Assembly: GCA_034520625.1 (NCBI GenBank) | Contig: JAXHNI010000009.1 | Span: 609,494 to 673,493, forward strand | Length of the DNA stretch: 64,000 nt | From: Gammaproteobacteria bacterium | Lineage (GTDB): Bacteria > Pseudomonadota > Gammaproteobacteria > Arenicellales > JAANXG01 | Direction of reading: 5' to 3' | Shown here: in pieces, positions 50,154-58,938 of the stretch | Layout of the letters: every line of letters begins with the position of its first letter | Numbering within the stretch: position 1 is the first letter of the stretch | Notes under the pieces: generated by a model | Databases searched by the model: none | What the model was told of the DNA's origin: nothing | The model's input: only the letters and a program-made list of their open reading frames with translations | Position numbers and translations under genes: made by a program

Positions 50154-50335
50154 ACCATAACGGGTTAGTCAACTTTTTTCGTGTCCGCCGCCGGCCTTCT
50201 CCCCGGTACCGGCCTATGATCTGAATCGCGCCGTCGGGCGCCATGCCGCCGAGACCGGGGCTTGATCCCCGGCCGGTGTCGGCGTAAGTTTCACGGAACG
50301 AAAGCTGTGAAACAACGGCTTGACCCGTGGGGGCG

Positions 50336-52159
50336 ATGAAACCGACCGACACCTACCACCCGGATTACTTCCACAAGGTCGTGGACTGCCAGTGGGCCTG
50401 CCCCGCCCATACCGACGTTCCCGGCTATATCCGCCTGATCGCCCAGGGCCGGTACACCGACGCCTACATGCTGAACCGGGATTCCAACGTGTTCCCGGGC
50501 ATCCTGGGCCGGGTCTGCGACCGGCCCTGCGAGCCGGCCTGCCGGCGCGGGCGGGTGGACGGCCAGAAACCCGTCGCCATCTGTCGCCTCAAGCGGGTGG
50601 CCTACGACTACAAGGACGACATCAGGGACCGGCTGCCGGCGATTCCCGAGCAGAAGAACGGCAAGCGCATCGCCTGCGTCGGCGCCGGTTGTGCCTCGCT
50701 GACCGTGGCCAACGACCTGCTGCCCATGGGCTACGAGGTGACGATCTTCGAGAAGCTGGATGTCACCGGAGGCCTGATGCGCTCGAACATCCCCCGTTTC
50801 CGGCTGCCGCCCCGGGTCCTGGACGAGGAGATTGACAACATCGTCGACATGGGCGCGGACCTGCGCCTCGGCACCCCGGTGGACTCCATGAAGGGGCTGC
50901 TGGACGAGGGATTCGACGCCGTGTTCGTGGGCTCGGGGGCGCCGCGGGGCAAGGACCTCGACTGCCCCGGACGCGAGGAGGCCTGGGGCACCGGCCGCCT
51001 GCACATCGGCATCGCCTGGCTGGAGTCGGTGGCTTTCGAGCATATCGAACGGATCGGAAAACGGGTCCTGATCATCGGCGCCGGGAACACGGCGATGGAC
51101 TGCTGCCGCACGTCTCTGCGACTCGGGGCCGACGATGTCCGGGTGATGGCGCGCAAGCCGAAGGACCAGCTCAAGGCATCCGAGTGGGAGCTGGAGGATG
51201 CGCTGGAGGAGAACGTCGAGCTGATGACGCACCATTCCCCCAAGGCCTTCGTGGTGGAGGGCGGAGAGCTGAGAGGCATGACATTCGAGGTCCTGGAGTA
51301 CTTCGACGAGGGCGGCCGCTGGAAAAGCCGGGTACTGGAGGAAGTGTTCCTGCCTGCGGACGACGTCATCCTGGCCATCGGCCAGGAGAATGCCTTCCCC
51401 TGGGTCGAGCGGGATATCGGCATCGAGTTCGACCAATGGGACGTCCCGGTGGTGGACCGAACCACCTACCAATCCACCCGGCCGGGCGTGTTCTTCGGCG
51501 GCGATGCTGCGTTTGGTCCCGAGAACATCATCTGGGCGGTGCGCCACGGCCACGAGGCCGCGATCTCCATCCACAAGTACGTCCACGGCGAGCCCGTCGA
51601 AGACCGGCTGCCCGATGCGGTGGACGTGCACACCTGCAAGATGGGGCTGCACGAGTGGTCGTATTCGAACCCCTACGAGCCCGGCGAGCGCCGGCTGGTG
51701 CCCCACGTCGACCTCAAGCAGCGATTCAAGAACATCGACATCGAGGTGGAGCTCGGCTTCGGCGATGAGGACTGGCCGGTGGAAGTGGAGCGCTGCCTGA
51801 ACTGCGACATCCAGACCATCTTCTTTCACGACAAGTGCATCGAGTGCGACGCCTGCCTCGACATCTGCCCGACCCAGTGCCTGACGATCCTGGCCATCGA
51901 CGAGGAGGAGCCGGAGGAATCGGTCCGCGGTCGCCTGAAAGTGCCGGCGACGAACCCGGACCAGGCCGTCTACGTCTCGAAAAAGCTGCCCCAGACCCGG
52001 CGCCACATGGTGAAGGACGAAGACCAGTGCATCCACTGCGGCCTGTGCGCGGAGCGCTGCCCCACCGCCGCCTGGGACATGAAGCAGTCGCATATCTTCA
52101 TTCCCAAGGTCGACGACAACGACATTCCCGAGCTCGTTCACCGCAAGCATGCCGGATGA
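50336..52159 (+). CDS. GltD-like NAD(P)H-dependent FAD oxidoreductase with C-terminal 2x[4Fe-4S] ferredoxin domain
   Basis: N-terminal GltD/PreT-type Fe-S region (CQWACPAHTDVP...RVCDRPCEPAC), two dinucleotide folds (IACVGAGCAS, VLIIGAGNTAMD), and CIECDACLDICP plus CIHCGLCAERCP. ATG 50336 (GGGGG upstream) is preferred over GTG 50327. Confidence 0.8.
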   Translation: MKPTDTYHPDYFHKVVDCQWACPAHTDVPGYIRLIAQGRYTDAYMLNRDSNVFPGILGRVCDRPCEPACRRGRVDGQKPVAICRLKRVAYDYKDDIRDRLPAIPEQKNGKRIACVGAGCASLTVANDLLPMGYEVTIFEKLDVTGGLMRSNIPRFRLPPRVLDEEIDNIVDMGADLRLGTPVDSMKGLLDEGFDAVFVGSGAPRGKDLDCPGREEAWGTGRLHIGIAWLESVAFEHIERIGKRVLIIGAGNTAMDCCRTSLRLGADDVRVMARKPKDQLKASEWELEDALEENVELMTHHSPKAFVVEGGELRGMTFEVLEYFDEGGRWKSRVLEEVFLPADDVILAIGQENAFPWVERDIGIEFDQWDVPVVDRTTYQSTRPGVFFGGDAAFGPENIIWAVRHGHEAAISIHKYVHGEPVEDRLPDAVDVHTCKMGLHEWSYSNPYEPGERRLVPHVDLKQRFKNIDIEVELGFGDEDWPVEVERCLNCDIQTIFFHDKCIECDACLDICPTQCLTILAIDEEEPEESVRGRLKVPATNPDQAVYVSKKLPQTRRHMVKDEDQCIHCGLCAERCPTAAWDMKQSHIFIPKVDDNDIPELVHRKHAG

Positions 52160-52200
52160 CATGGAGAATCCCGAAGTGATGACTGGGGTCTAGCGCAAAG

Positions 52201-54048
52201 ATGGAACGGGTCAACGACTTCACCCTGAAGGTGGCCACCGCCAACGGTACCGGCTCCGCCAGCGCCAACGCGCTGCTGATGAAGGCCATCTTCCGCATGG
52301 GTGCCCCGGTGATGGGCAAGAATTATTTCCCCTCCAATATCCAGGGCCTGCCCACCTGGTACGAGATCCGGGTCACCGAGTCCGGGGACCTCACCCGCTC
52401 CGGCGAAGTGCATTTCATGGTGGCGATGAACGCCCAGACGTTTGCCCAGGATCATGCCGAAGTGGCATCCGGCGGCTACCTGCTCTACGACAGCTCCTGG
52501 CCCCGGGTGCGGGAGCTGAACCGGGACGACATCCAGGTCATCGGCGTGCCCCTGGCGGAGATGGTGAACCTGGAGTTCGCCGAGGTGCGCACCCGCATCC
52601 TGATGAAGAACATCGCCTACGTCGGCGCCCTGGCCGGGCTTCTGGACCTGGATATGGCCGTGATCGAGGCTTCGCTGAAGGAAACCTTCGGGGAAAGGAA
52701 AGCCAAACTGGTGGAAGCCAACATGCGAGCCGCCGAGCTGGGCTACAGCTACACGAAGGAGCACTACGAGTGCCCGCTGCCGCTGCGCGTGCGCCGTACC
52801 AATCTCACCGAGGGGCATATCGTCATCAACGGCAACACCACCGCCGCCCTGGGCGCCATGTTCGCCGGGGCCACCGTCGGCGCCTGGTATCCCATCACGC
52901 CCTCCACCAGCCTGATGGACGCGTTCAAGGGCTTCTGCGAGCGCTACCGCCGCAACGACGACGGCGAGCGGGAGTTTCTGGTGCTCCAGGCCGAGGACGA
53001 GCTGGCGGCCATCGGCATGGTGATGGGGGCGGGCTGGATGGGCGCCCGGGCCTTCACCCCGACCTCGGGGCCCGGCATCAGCCTCATGAACGAGTTCATC
53101 AGCTTTGGCTACTACACCGAGATCCCGGCGGTGCTGTTCGACATCCAGCGGGTGGGGCCGTCCACCGGCATGCCCACACGCACCCAGCAAGCGGACCTGA
53201 TGGAGTGCGCCTACGCCGGCCACGGTGACACCCGCCACCTCTGCCTCTACCCGGCGGACCCCGGCGAGGCCTTCGAGCTCACGGTGAGCGCCTTCGATCT
53301 GGCCGAGCATTTCCAGACCCCCGTGTTCGTGGTGTCGGACCTGGACATCGGGATGAACGAGTGGATGGTGCCGGCGCTGAAATGGGACGAACGCTACCGC
53401 CCGGACCGGGGCAAGCTGTTGAGCGCCGACGAGCTCAAGCAGCTGCCCGGCCGCTTCGGCCGCTACCTCGATCCGGACAACGACGGTATTCCCTTCCGGA
53501 CACTGCCCGGTGTGCATCCCGCAGGTGCTTTTTTCACCCGGGGCTCGGGGCATTCCAAGCATGGCAGCTACACTGAGGACGCGGCGGAATATCAGGAAGT
53601 GATGGACCGACTGAAACGCAAGTTCGACACCGCCCGCAGCCACGTGCCCAGGCCGGTGATCGAGTGTGTTCACGACGCGGGCGGCGGCGGGAAAAAGACC
53701 GCCGGGAAGCCGCGGCCCACCCGGTGCGGCATCGTTACCCTTGGCTCCTGCGACGTCGCGGTGCGCGAAGCCCGCAAGACCCTGCGCGCCGGGGGCACGG
53801 AGCTCGACTATTGCCGCGTGCGGGCTTTTCCGTTCAATGAACAGGTCGAGCGCTTCCTGCGCGAGCACGACACCGTGTTCGTGGTGGAGCAGAACCGCGA
53901 CGCCCAGTTTCGGAACATGCTGCTCATGGAGACCGGAGTGGACCGCAGGAAGCTGGTTTCCATACTTCACTACAACGGCCTGCCGATCGCCTCCTCCCAC
54001 GTCGAGGAGGCGGTGCTGACCTATCTCGACCAGGGGCAAGTGGCATGA
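52201..54048 (+). CDS. korA: 2-oxoacid:acceptor oxidoreductase alpha subunit (fused gamma+alpha domains)
   Basis: 615 aa with an N-terminal POR-gamma-type domain (KVATANGTGSASANALLMKAIF) followed by the alpha domains (GNTTAALGAMFAGATVGAWYPITPST). Confidence 0.85.
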   Translation: MERVNDFTLKVATANGTGSASANALLMKAIFRMGAPVMGKNYFPSNIQGLPTWYEIRVTESGDLTRSGEVHFMVAMNAQTFAQDHAEVASGGYLLYDSSWPRVRELNRDDIQVIGVPLAEMVNLEFAEVRTRILMKNIAYVGALAGLLDLDMAVIEASLKETFGERKAKLVEANMRAAELGYSYTKEHYECPLPLRVRRTNLTEGHIVINGNTTAALGAMFAGATVGAWYPITPSTSLMDAFKGFCERYRRNDDGEREFLVLQAEDELAAIGMVMGAGWMGARAFTPTSGPGISLMNEFISFGYYTEIPAVLFDIQRVGPSTGMPTRTQQADLMECAYAGHGDTRHLCLYPADPGEAFELTVSAFDLAEHFQTPVFVVSDLDIGMNEWMVPALKWDERYRPDRGKLLSADELKQLPGRFGRYLDPDNDGIPFRTLPGVHPAGAFFTRGSGHSKHGSYTEDAAEYQEVMDRLKRKFDTARSHVPRPVIECVHDAGGGGKKTAGKPRPTRCGIVTLGSCDVAVREARKTLRAGGTELDYCRVRAFPFNEQVERFLREHDTVFVVEQNRDAQFRNMLLMETGVDRRKLVSILHYNGLPIASSHVEEAVLTYLDQGQVA

Positions 54049-55094
54049 CATACATGAAAAAACCCGCCGTGCATCATTCGGGCCTGCCCGCCAATGAGCT
54101 GGGTTACACGGTGCGGGATTACGAGGGCGGCATGTCCACGCTTTGCGCGGGCTGCGGGCACGATTCCATCACTGCGGCCCTCATCCAGGCCTGCTGGGAG
54201 CTGGACATCGAGCCGCACAACGTCGCCAAGATGAGCGGCATCGGCTGCTCATCCAAGACTCCGGCCTATTTCCTCAGCCAGGCCCACGGCATCAATGCCG
54301 TCCACGGCCGCATGCCCTCCATCGCCACCGGCGCCAACGCCGCCAACCAGGACCTGCACTTCATCGGCGTATCCGGCGACGGCGACTCGTTGTCCATCGG
54401 CTTCGGTCAGTTCGCCCACGCCATTCGCCGCAACGTGAACATGCTGTACCTGATCGAGAACAACGGCGTCTATGGCCTCACCAAGGGCCAGTTTTCCGCC
54501 AGCGCGGACGTCGGCAGCCGCGCCAAGGGCGGTGTGGTCAACGAGCAGCCGCCCATCGAGCCGGTGCTCACCGCGCTGTCCCTGGGCTGCACCTTCGTCG
54601 CCCGCAGCTTCTCCGGCGACAAGGAGCAGCTGGTGACCCTGATCAAGGCGGGCCTGCGGCACCGGGGTTTCGCCATGATCGACGTTATCAGCCCCTGCGT
54701 AGCCTTCAACGACCACGAGGGCAGCACCAAGAGCTACGCCCATACCCGGGAGTTTCATCATCCCGCGATCCACACCGACTTCATCGAGCCGAAGGAAGAG
54801 ATCCGGGTGGAGTACGCCAGGGGCGCCTCGATGCCCGTAGAGCTCCACGACGGCTCCACCATCGTGCTGCGCAAGGTGGACGTCGACCACGATCCCACCG
54901 ACCGCGCCCGTGCTTTCGGCTACCTCGAGCGCCACCGTGAAGCCGGGGAGATCGTCACCGGTCTGCTTTACCTCGAGGAGGAAGCCGCCGACCTCCATGC
55001 CCACAACCGCACCGCCCCGGGCTCCCTGGTCAACGCCCGTCCCCGCGATGACCAGGCGGCGATCCTGGAGGAGATTCAGACCCGATATCGTTGA
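54045..55094 (+). CDS. korB: 2-oxoacid:acceptor oxidoreductase beta subunit (TPP-binding)
   Basis: 349 aa with CAGCGH and the TPP motif GVSGDGDSLSIG...NNGVYGLTKGQ. ATGA overlap with korA. Confidence 0.85.
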   Translation: MTYMKKPAVHHSGLPANELGYTVRDYEGGMSTLCAGCGHDSITAALIQACWELDIEPHNVAKMSGIGCSSKTPAYFLSQAHGINAVHGRMPSIATGANAANQDLHFIGVSGDGDSLSIGFGQFAHAIRRNVNMLYLIENNGVYGLTKGQFSASADVGSRAKGGVVNEQPPIEPVLTALSLGCTFVARSFSGDKEQLVTLIKAGLRHRGFAMIDVISPCVAFNDHEGSTKSYAHTREFHHPAIHTDFIEPKEEIRVEYARGASMPVELHDGSTIVLRKVDVDHDPTDRARAFGYLERHREAGEIVTGLLYLEEEAADLHAHNRTAPGSLVNARPRDDQAAILEEIQTRYR

Positions 55095-55100
55095 CCTTGA

Positions 55101-55175
55101 TGGGTCAGCCCTGAAGGCTGTCCCACATGGGTCTTGCCGCCATTGTGGGTCAGGCTTCAAGCCTGACATGTCAGC
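55101..55175. repeat. REP-like palindromic cluster (two hairpin units), second site
   Basis: GGGTCAGCC-CTGAA-GGCTGTCCC (55102-55124) and GTCAGGC-TTCAA-GCCTGAC (55149-55167). The second unit overlaps the last codons and the stop of the histidine kinase gene. Confidence 0.7.
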
Positions 55176-56515
55176 GGCAGTTCCAGCTCCACCCGCAGCC
55201 CCGGGTCGTTGTCATCCAGCGTTATGCGTCCTTCGTGCACCTCGACCACGGCCTTCACGAGGGAGAGCCCGAGACCGCTGCCCGGTGAGTGGCGGCTGTC
55301 CTCGGTCCGGTAGAAGCGCTCGAACACCTTGTCGTGAACCGCTTCCGGAATGCCCGGTCCGCTGTCACAGACGGTGATCCGGGCGGCGTCGCCGCCGGGC
55401 TGGAGTGAGAGGGAAATCTCGCCGGGTGCGGGCGTGTACTTGATGGCATTGTCCAGCAGGTTGGCAACCGCCTGGAACAACAGGTCCCGATCGCCGTGAA
55501 CCGTGATGTCGTCCTCCACCCGATCGGAGAGCGCCAGCCCCTTGTCCTCGGCGAGGGGCTGATAGAGCTCCACCACGTCGCGGCAGAGGCCGGTAAGGTC
55601 CACCTCCGTGAACCCGGCGCGGCGGCGGCCGGATTCGATCCGCGCGATGCGGAGCAGGGCATTGAACGTCGCCAGCAGGTTGTCGGCTTCCTGGAGGGCG
55701 CGCTCCACCGAGCGGTCGTCCCCGACGCCTCCGTGGATACTCTCCAGCTCGTTGCGCAGCCGGGTCAGGGGCGTTTTCAGGTCATGGGCGATGTTGTCGG
55801 AGACCCGGCGCACGTCGTTCATCAATGCCTCGATGCGGTCCAGCATCGCGTTCAGGTGGCTGGCAAGCTCGTCGAACTCGTCGTCGCCGCGTAGCGGGAT
55901 GCGCCGGCTGAGCTGGCCGGACATGATCTCCCGGCTGGTTTCGTTGATGACGTCGAGGCGACGGGTGACGGTGCGGCTCAGTGCATAGCCGCCCGCCAGT
56001 GCCAGCAGCAGTGTCAGGCCCGCGGCCCAGGCGAAGGCCTCGTGCATCAGCGAGCGGACCTGGGTAAGCTCGTGCATGTCGCGGCCCACCAGAAGCCAGT
56101 AGCGCTCGCGAAGCCGGAAACTGCGGGCGCGCGCCTGGTGCGATTCCTCCGCGCCGCCTTGCTGGGTTACCCTGAACTCCAGCCAGCCCCCGGGTCCCTC
56201 GGTGGCGTCGGGCCATTTCTCGAGATTGCCCACCATGGGGCGGCGGAGGGGATCGGCGAGCAGGTAAATGTTGGACCGGTCCGGATGGCTCCGCATACGC
56301 TCCTGGATCATCGCTGTGAGCCCCGGCAGCTCCCGGGTGCGATAGCGCTCGGCGAGCAGCTCAATCTCGGCCTGGATCGCGGCATCGGCCTGCCGGGCCA
56401 TGTAGCCCGCCGTAAACCAGTACAGGAAACCCAGTAGCAGCAGCACCGAGGCGCCGAATACGACCATGTAGATGAGCACCAGCCGGAAGCTGGTGCTGTG
56501 CATCAGCTTAGTCAT
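55157..56515 (-). CDS. Sensor histidine kinase (2 TM, HAMP, HisKA, HATPase_c)
   Basis: 452 aa with H-box SDNIAHDLKTPLTRL, N-box LLDNAIKYT and G-boxes DSGPGI / GSGLGLSLV. Confidence 0.9.
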   Translation of the reverse strand: MTKLMHSTSFRLVLIYMVVFGASVLLLLGFLYWFTAGYMARQADAAIQAEIELLAERYRTRELPGLTAMIQERMRSHPDRSNIYLLADPLRRPMVGNLEKWPDATEGPGGWLEFRVTQQGGAEESHQARARSFRLRERYWLLVGRDMHELTQVRSLMHEAFAWAAGLTLLLALAGGYALSRTVTRRLDVINETSREIMSGQLSRRIPLRGDDEFDELASHLNAMLDRIEALMNDVRRVSDNIAHDLKTPLTRLRNELESIHGGVGDDRSVERALQEADNLLATFNALLRIARIESGRRRAGFTEVDLTGLCRDVVELYQPLAEDKGLALSDRVEDDITVHGDRDLLFQAVANLLDNAIKYTPAPGEISLSLQPGGDAARITVCDSGPGIPEAVHDKVFERFYRTEDSRHSPGSGLGLSLVKAVVEVHEGRITLDDNDPGLRVELELPLTCQA

Positions 56516-57185
56516 CGGCGCTCAGCATGTAGCCCGAGCCGCGTACCGTGTGGAGCAAAGGTGTTGTGAAGCCCTTGTCGATCTTGCCCCGCAGGCGACT
56601 GACGTGCACGTCGATTACATTGGTCTGGGGGTCGAAGGCGTAGTCCCACACCTTCTCGAGCAGCATGGTCCGGGTCACTACGCGCCCGGCGTTGCGCATG
56701 AGCTGCTCCAGCAGCCGGAACTCCCGGGGCTGAAGCTCGATCTCCCTGCCGCCACGGCGCACCTTGCGGGCCAGCAGGTCCATCTCCAGGTCGGCAACGC
56801 GCAGCCGCGCATGGGTCTCCTCCGGCTCGCCGCGGCGCACCAGCGCGTCGAGCCGGGCGAGCAGCTCGGCGAATGCGAAGGGCTTCACCAGGTAGTCGTC
56901 GCCGCCCGCGCGCAGCCCCTCGACGCGGTCGTCCACCTCGCCCAGCGCGCTCAGCACCAGCGCCGGTGTCCGGTGATTCGCCGCCCGCATGCGTCTTATG
57001 ACTTCGAGGCCCTCGAGGCCCGGCAGCATGCGGTCCACGATCACGGCGTCGAAGACTTCTTCCAGCGCGAGATACAGCCCGTCCTCGCCATCCCGGGCCC
57101 GCTCGACGGTGTGGCCGTTCTCCCTGAGGCCCTTGGCGATGAAGTCCGCTGTGCGGTCGTCGTCTTCGATGTGCAGCACGCGCAT
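56508..57185 (-). CDS. OmpR/PhoB-family response regulator
   Basis: 225 aa from ATG 57185 (MRVLHIEDDDRTADFI...). Receiver Asp in AVIVDRMLPG and a winged-helix C-terminus (LHTVRGSGYML). 8-nt overlap with the kinase gene. Confidence 0.9.
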   Translation of the reverse strand: MRVLHIEDDDRTADFIAKGLRENGHTVERARDGEDGLYLALEEVFDAVIVDRMLPGLEGLEVIRRMRAANHRTPALVLSALGEVDDRVEGLRAGGDDYLVKPFAFAELLARLDALVRRGEPEETHARLRVADLEMDLLARKVRRGGREIELQPREFRLLEQLMRNAGRVVTRTMLLEKVWDYAFDPQTNVIDVHVSRLRGKIDKGFTTPLLHTVRGSGYMLSADD

Positions 57186-57274
57186 GGTGTGAGGGTCCGT
57201 AGTGCGGAAACGCAGACGCGCCGGGGCGTGGGTGGAGCCCGCGGCCCGGCGCGTCGAGTTTAACACCGCGGAGC

Positions 57275-58813
57275 TCAGCCCACGGATTCGGGCTCCACGC
57301 TCGTGAACCACTGGTTGCCGCCGCGGTTGATCAGCATGACCAGGCCGTCCGGATTGTCGGCCACCGCCCTGGCCAGGGCTTGCGGAGAGCTTACCGTTTC
57401 GCTGTTGACCCGCATGATCACGTCTCCGGGCCGCAGGCCGGCGCGTGCGGCCGGGGAACCGCGCTGCACCCGGACCACCACCGTGCCGTCAACGGATCCG
57501 GGCAGATCGAACCGGGCGCGGGTCTCGTCGTTCACCGGCGCCGCCATGACCCCGAGGCGCGCCCCGTCGTCTTCGCGGGTATCGTCCGCGCCGGACTTCG
57601 CCACGGTCTGCTCCTGGGCGGCCAGGGTGACATTCATGGCCCGGCGCTCGCCTTCTCGCAGGACCGTCACTTCGGTCTCGGCGCCGGGTCCGGCATTTGC
57701 CACCAGCTCCGGCAGCGCCCCGGCATCCTCGACGTTCTCGCCGTTGAAGCCCACGATGACGTCGCCGACCCGGATGCCCGCCTGCTCGGCGGGGGAGTCC
57801 TCGACCACGGCACTCACCACCGCGCCGCGCGGCTCCTCGAGTCCGAGGCCGTCCGCCAGTTCCGGGGTAACCGTCTGGATCTGTACTCCCAGCTTGCCGC
57901 GCGCCACGTAGCCTTTTTCCTTGAGCGAGTCGATGACGCTGCGGGCCTGGTCCGCCGGAATGGCGAAGCCGATGCCGATGTTGCCGCCGCTGGGCGAGAA
58001 GATGGCGGTGTTGACGCCGACGACCCTGCCGTTCAGATCGAACAGCGGGCCGCCGGAGTTGCCCCGGTTGATCGGCGCGTCGATCTGCAGGAAATCGTCG
58101 TACGGGCCGGCGTTGATGTCGCGGCCTCGCGCCGAGACGATACCGGTCGTGACCGTGCCACCGAGTCCGAAGGGATTACCGATCGCGACCACCCAGTCCC
58201 CGGCCCGGGTGTTTTCCGAGGTGCCGAACTCGACATAGGGCAGGGGCTCCCCGGAACTCACTTTGAGCAGCGCGAGGTCGGTCTTGGGGTCGGTGCCCTT
58301 CAGCTCCGCCTCCATCTCAGTGCCGTCGTCCAGGATTACCTTGATCTCGTCGGCCTCTCCGACCAGGTGGTTGTTGGTTACCACGAAGCCGTCCGGGCTG
58401 ACGATGAATCCGGAGCCCGCCGCGCGGACGCGCTGCGCCGGCGCATCGCGACCCCGGTCGTCATCCCGTCCGAACCCCTGTCCGGGCCGCTGCCCGAAGA
58501 AGCGCTCGAAGAACTCGCGGAAGCGCTCGTCGCCGCGAAAATCGAACTGCGGGCCCTGGCCGCCGGCCCTGCGGCCCTCCACCAGGATGCTCACCACCGC
58601 CGGGCGCACGTGCTCGACGAGGTCGGCCAGACCCGGTACCGGAGCCTGAACGGAAGGCGGGTTGATGGGAGCGGGATTCCCTGTCTTGGCGTTGGCCATC
58701 AGGGCCCCGCCGCCTGCCGCGACCGCCGAACCGATGGCCAGGACGGCCACCGATCGGCGCAGCCGGGACCGGCCGAAACCGCGTGCATCGCTGCGAATTC
58801 CGAGTATCGACAT
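57275..58813 (-). CDS. degP: DegP/DegQ (Do-family) periplasmic serine endopeptidase with two PDZ domains
   Basis: 512 aa with a signal peptide and catalytic triad motifs (TNNHLV, DLALLKV, GNSGGPLF), followed by two PDZ-like regions. Confidence 0.9.
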   Translation of the reverse strand: MSILGIRSDARGFGRSRLRRSVAVLAIGSAVAAGGGALMANAKTGNPAPINPPSVQAPVPGLADLVEHVRPAVVSILVEGRRAGGQGPQFDFRGDERFREFFERFFGQRPGQGFGRDDDRGRDAPAQRVRAAGSGFIVSPDGFVVTNNHLVGEADEIKVILDDGTEMEAELKGTDPKTDLALLKVSSGEPLPYVEFGTSENTRAGDWVVAIGNPFGLGGTVTTGIVSARGRDINAGPYDDFLQIDAPINRGNSGGPLFDLNGRVVGVNTAIFSPSGGNIGIGFAIPADQARSVIDSLKEKGYVARGKLGVQIQTVTPELADGLGLEEPRGAVVSAVVEDSPAEQAGIRVGDVIVGFNGENVEDAGALPELVANAGPGAETEVTVLREGERRAMNVTLAAQEQTVAKSGADDTREDDGARLGVMAAPVNDETRARFDLPGSVDGTVVVRVQRGSPAARAGLRPGDVIMRVNSETVSSPQALARAVADNPDGLVMLINRGGNQWFTSVEPESVG

Positions 58814-58938
58814 ATCAATTGCCTCTGTCTGGATGAGTTCCCTCGCACCATACGAGACAAAGAGTTAACCGGACTTTGCCGGAAGATTACGAAACCTTAA
58901 TGTGCCCGTACGGAAAGGGGTCGGTTCCGGGATCCCGG

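Noticed and set aside
58814-58938. Sigma-E-type promoter (GGAACTT-N16-TCTGA) upstream of degP
   Set aside because: A GGAACTC exists on the minus strand, but it lies only about 30 nt from the ATG and has no TCTGA-like -10 at the correct spacing.
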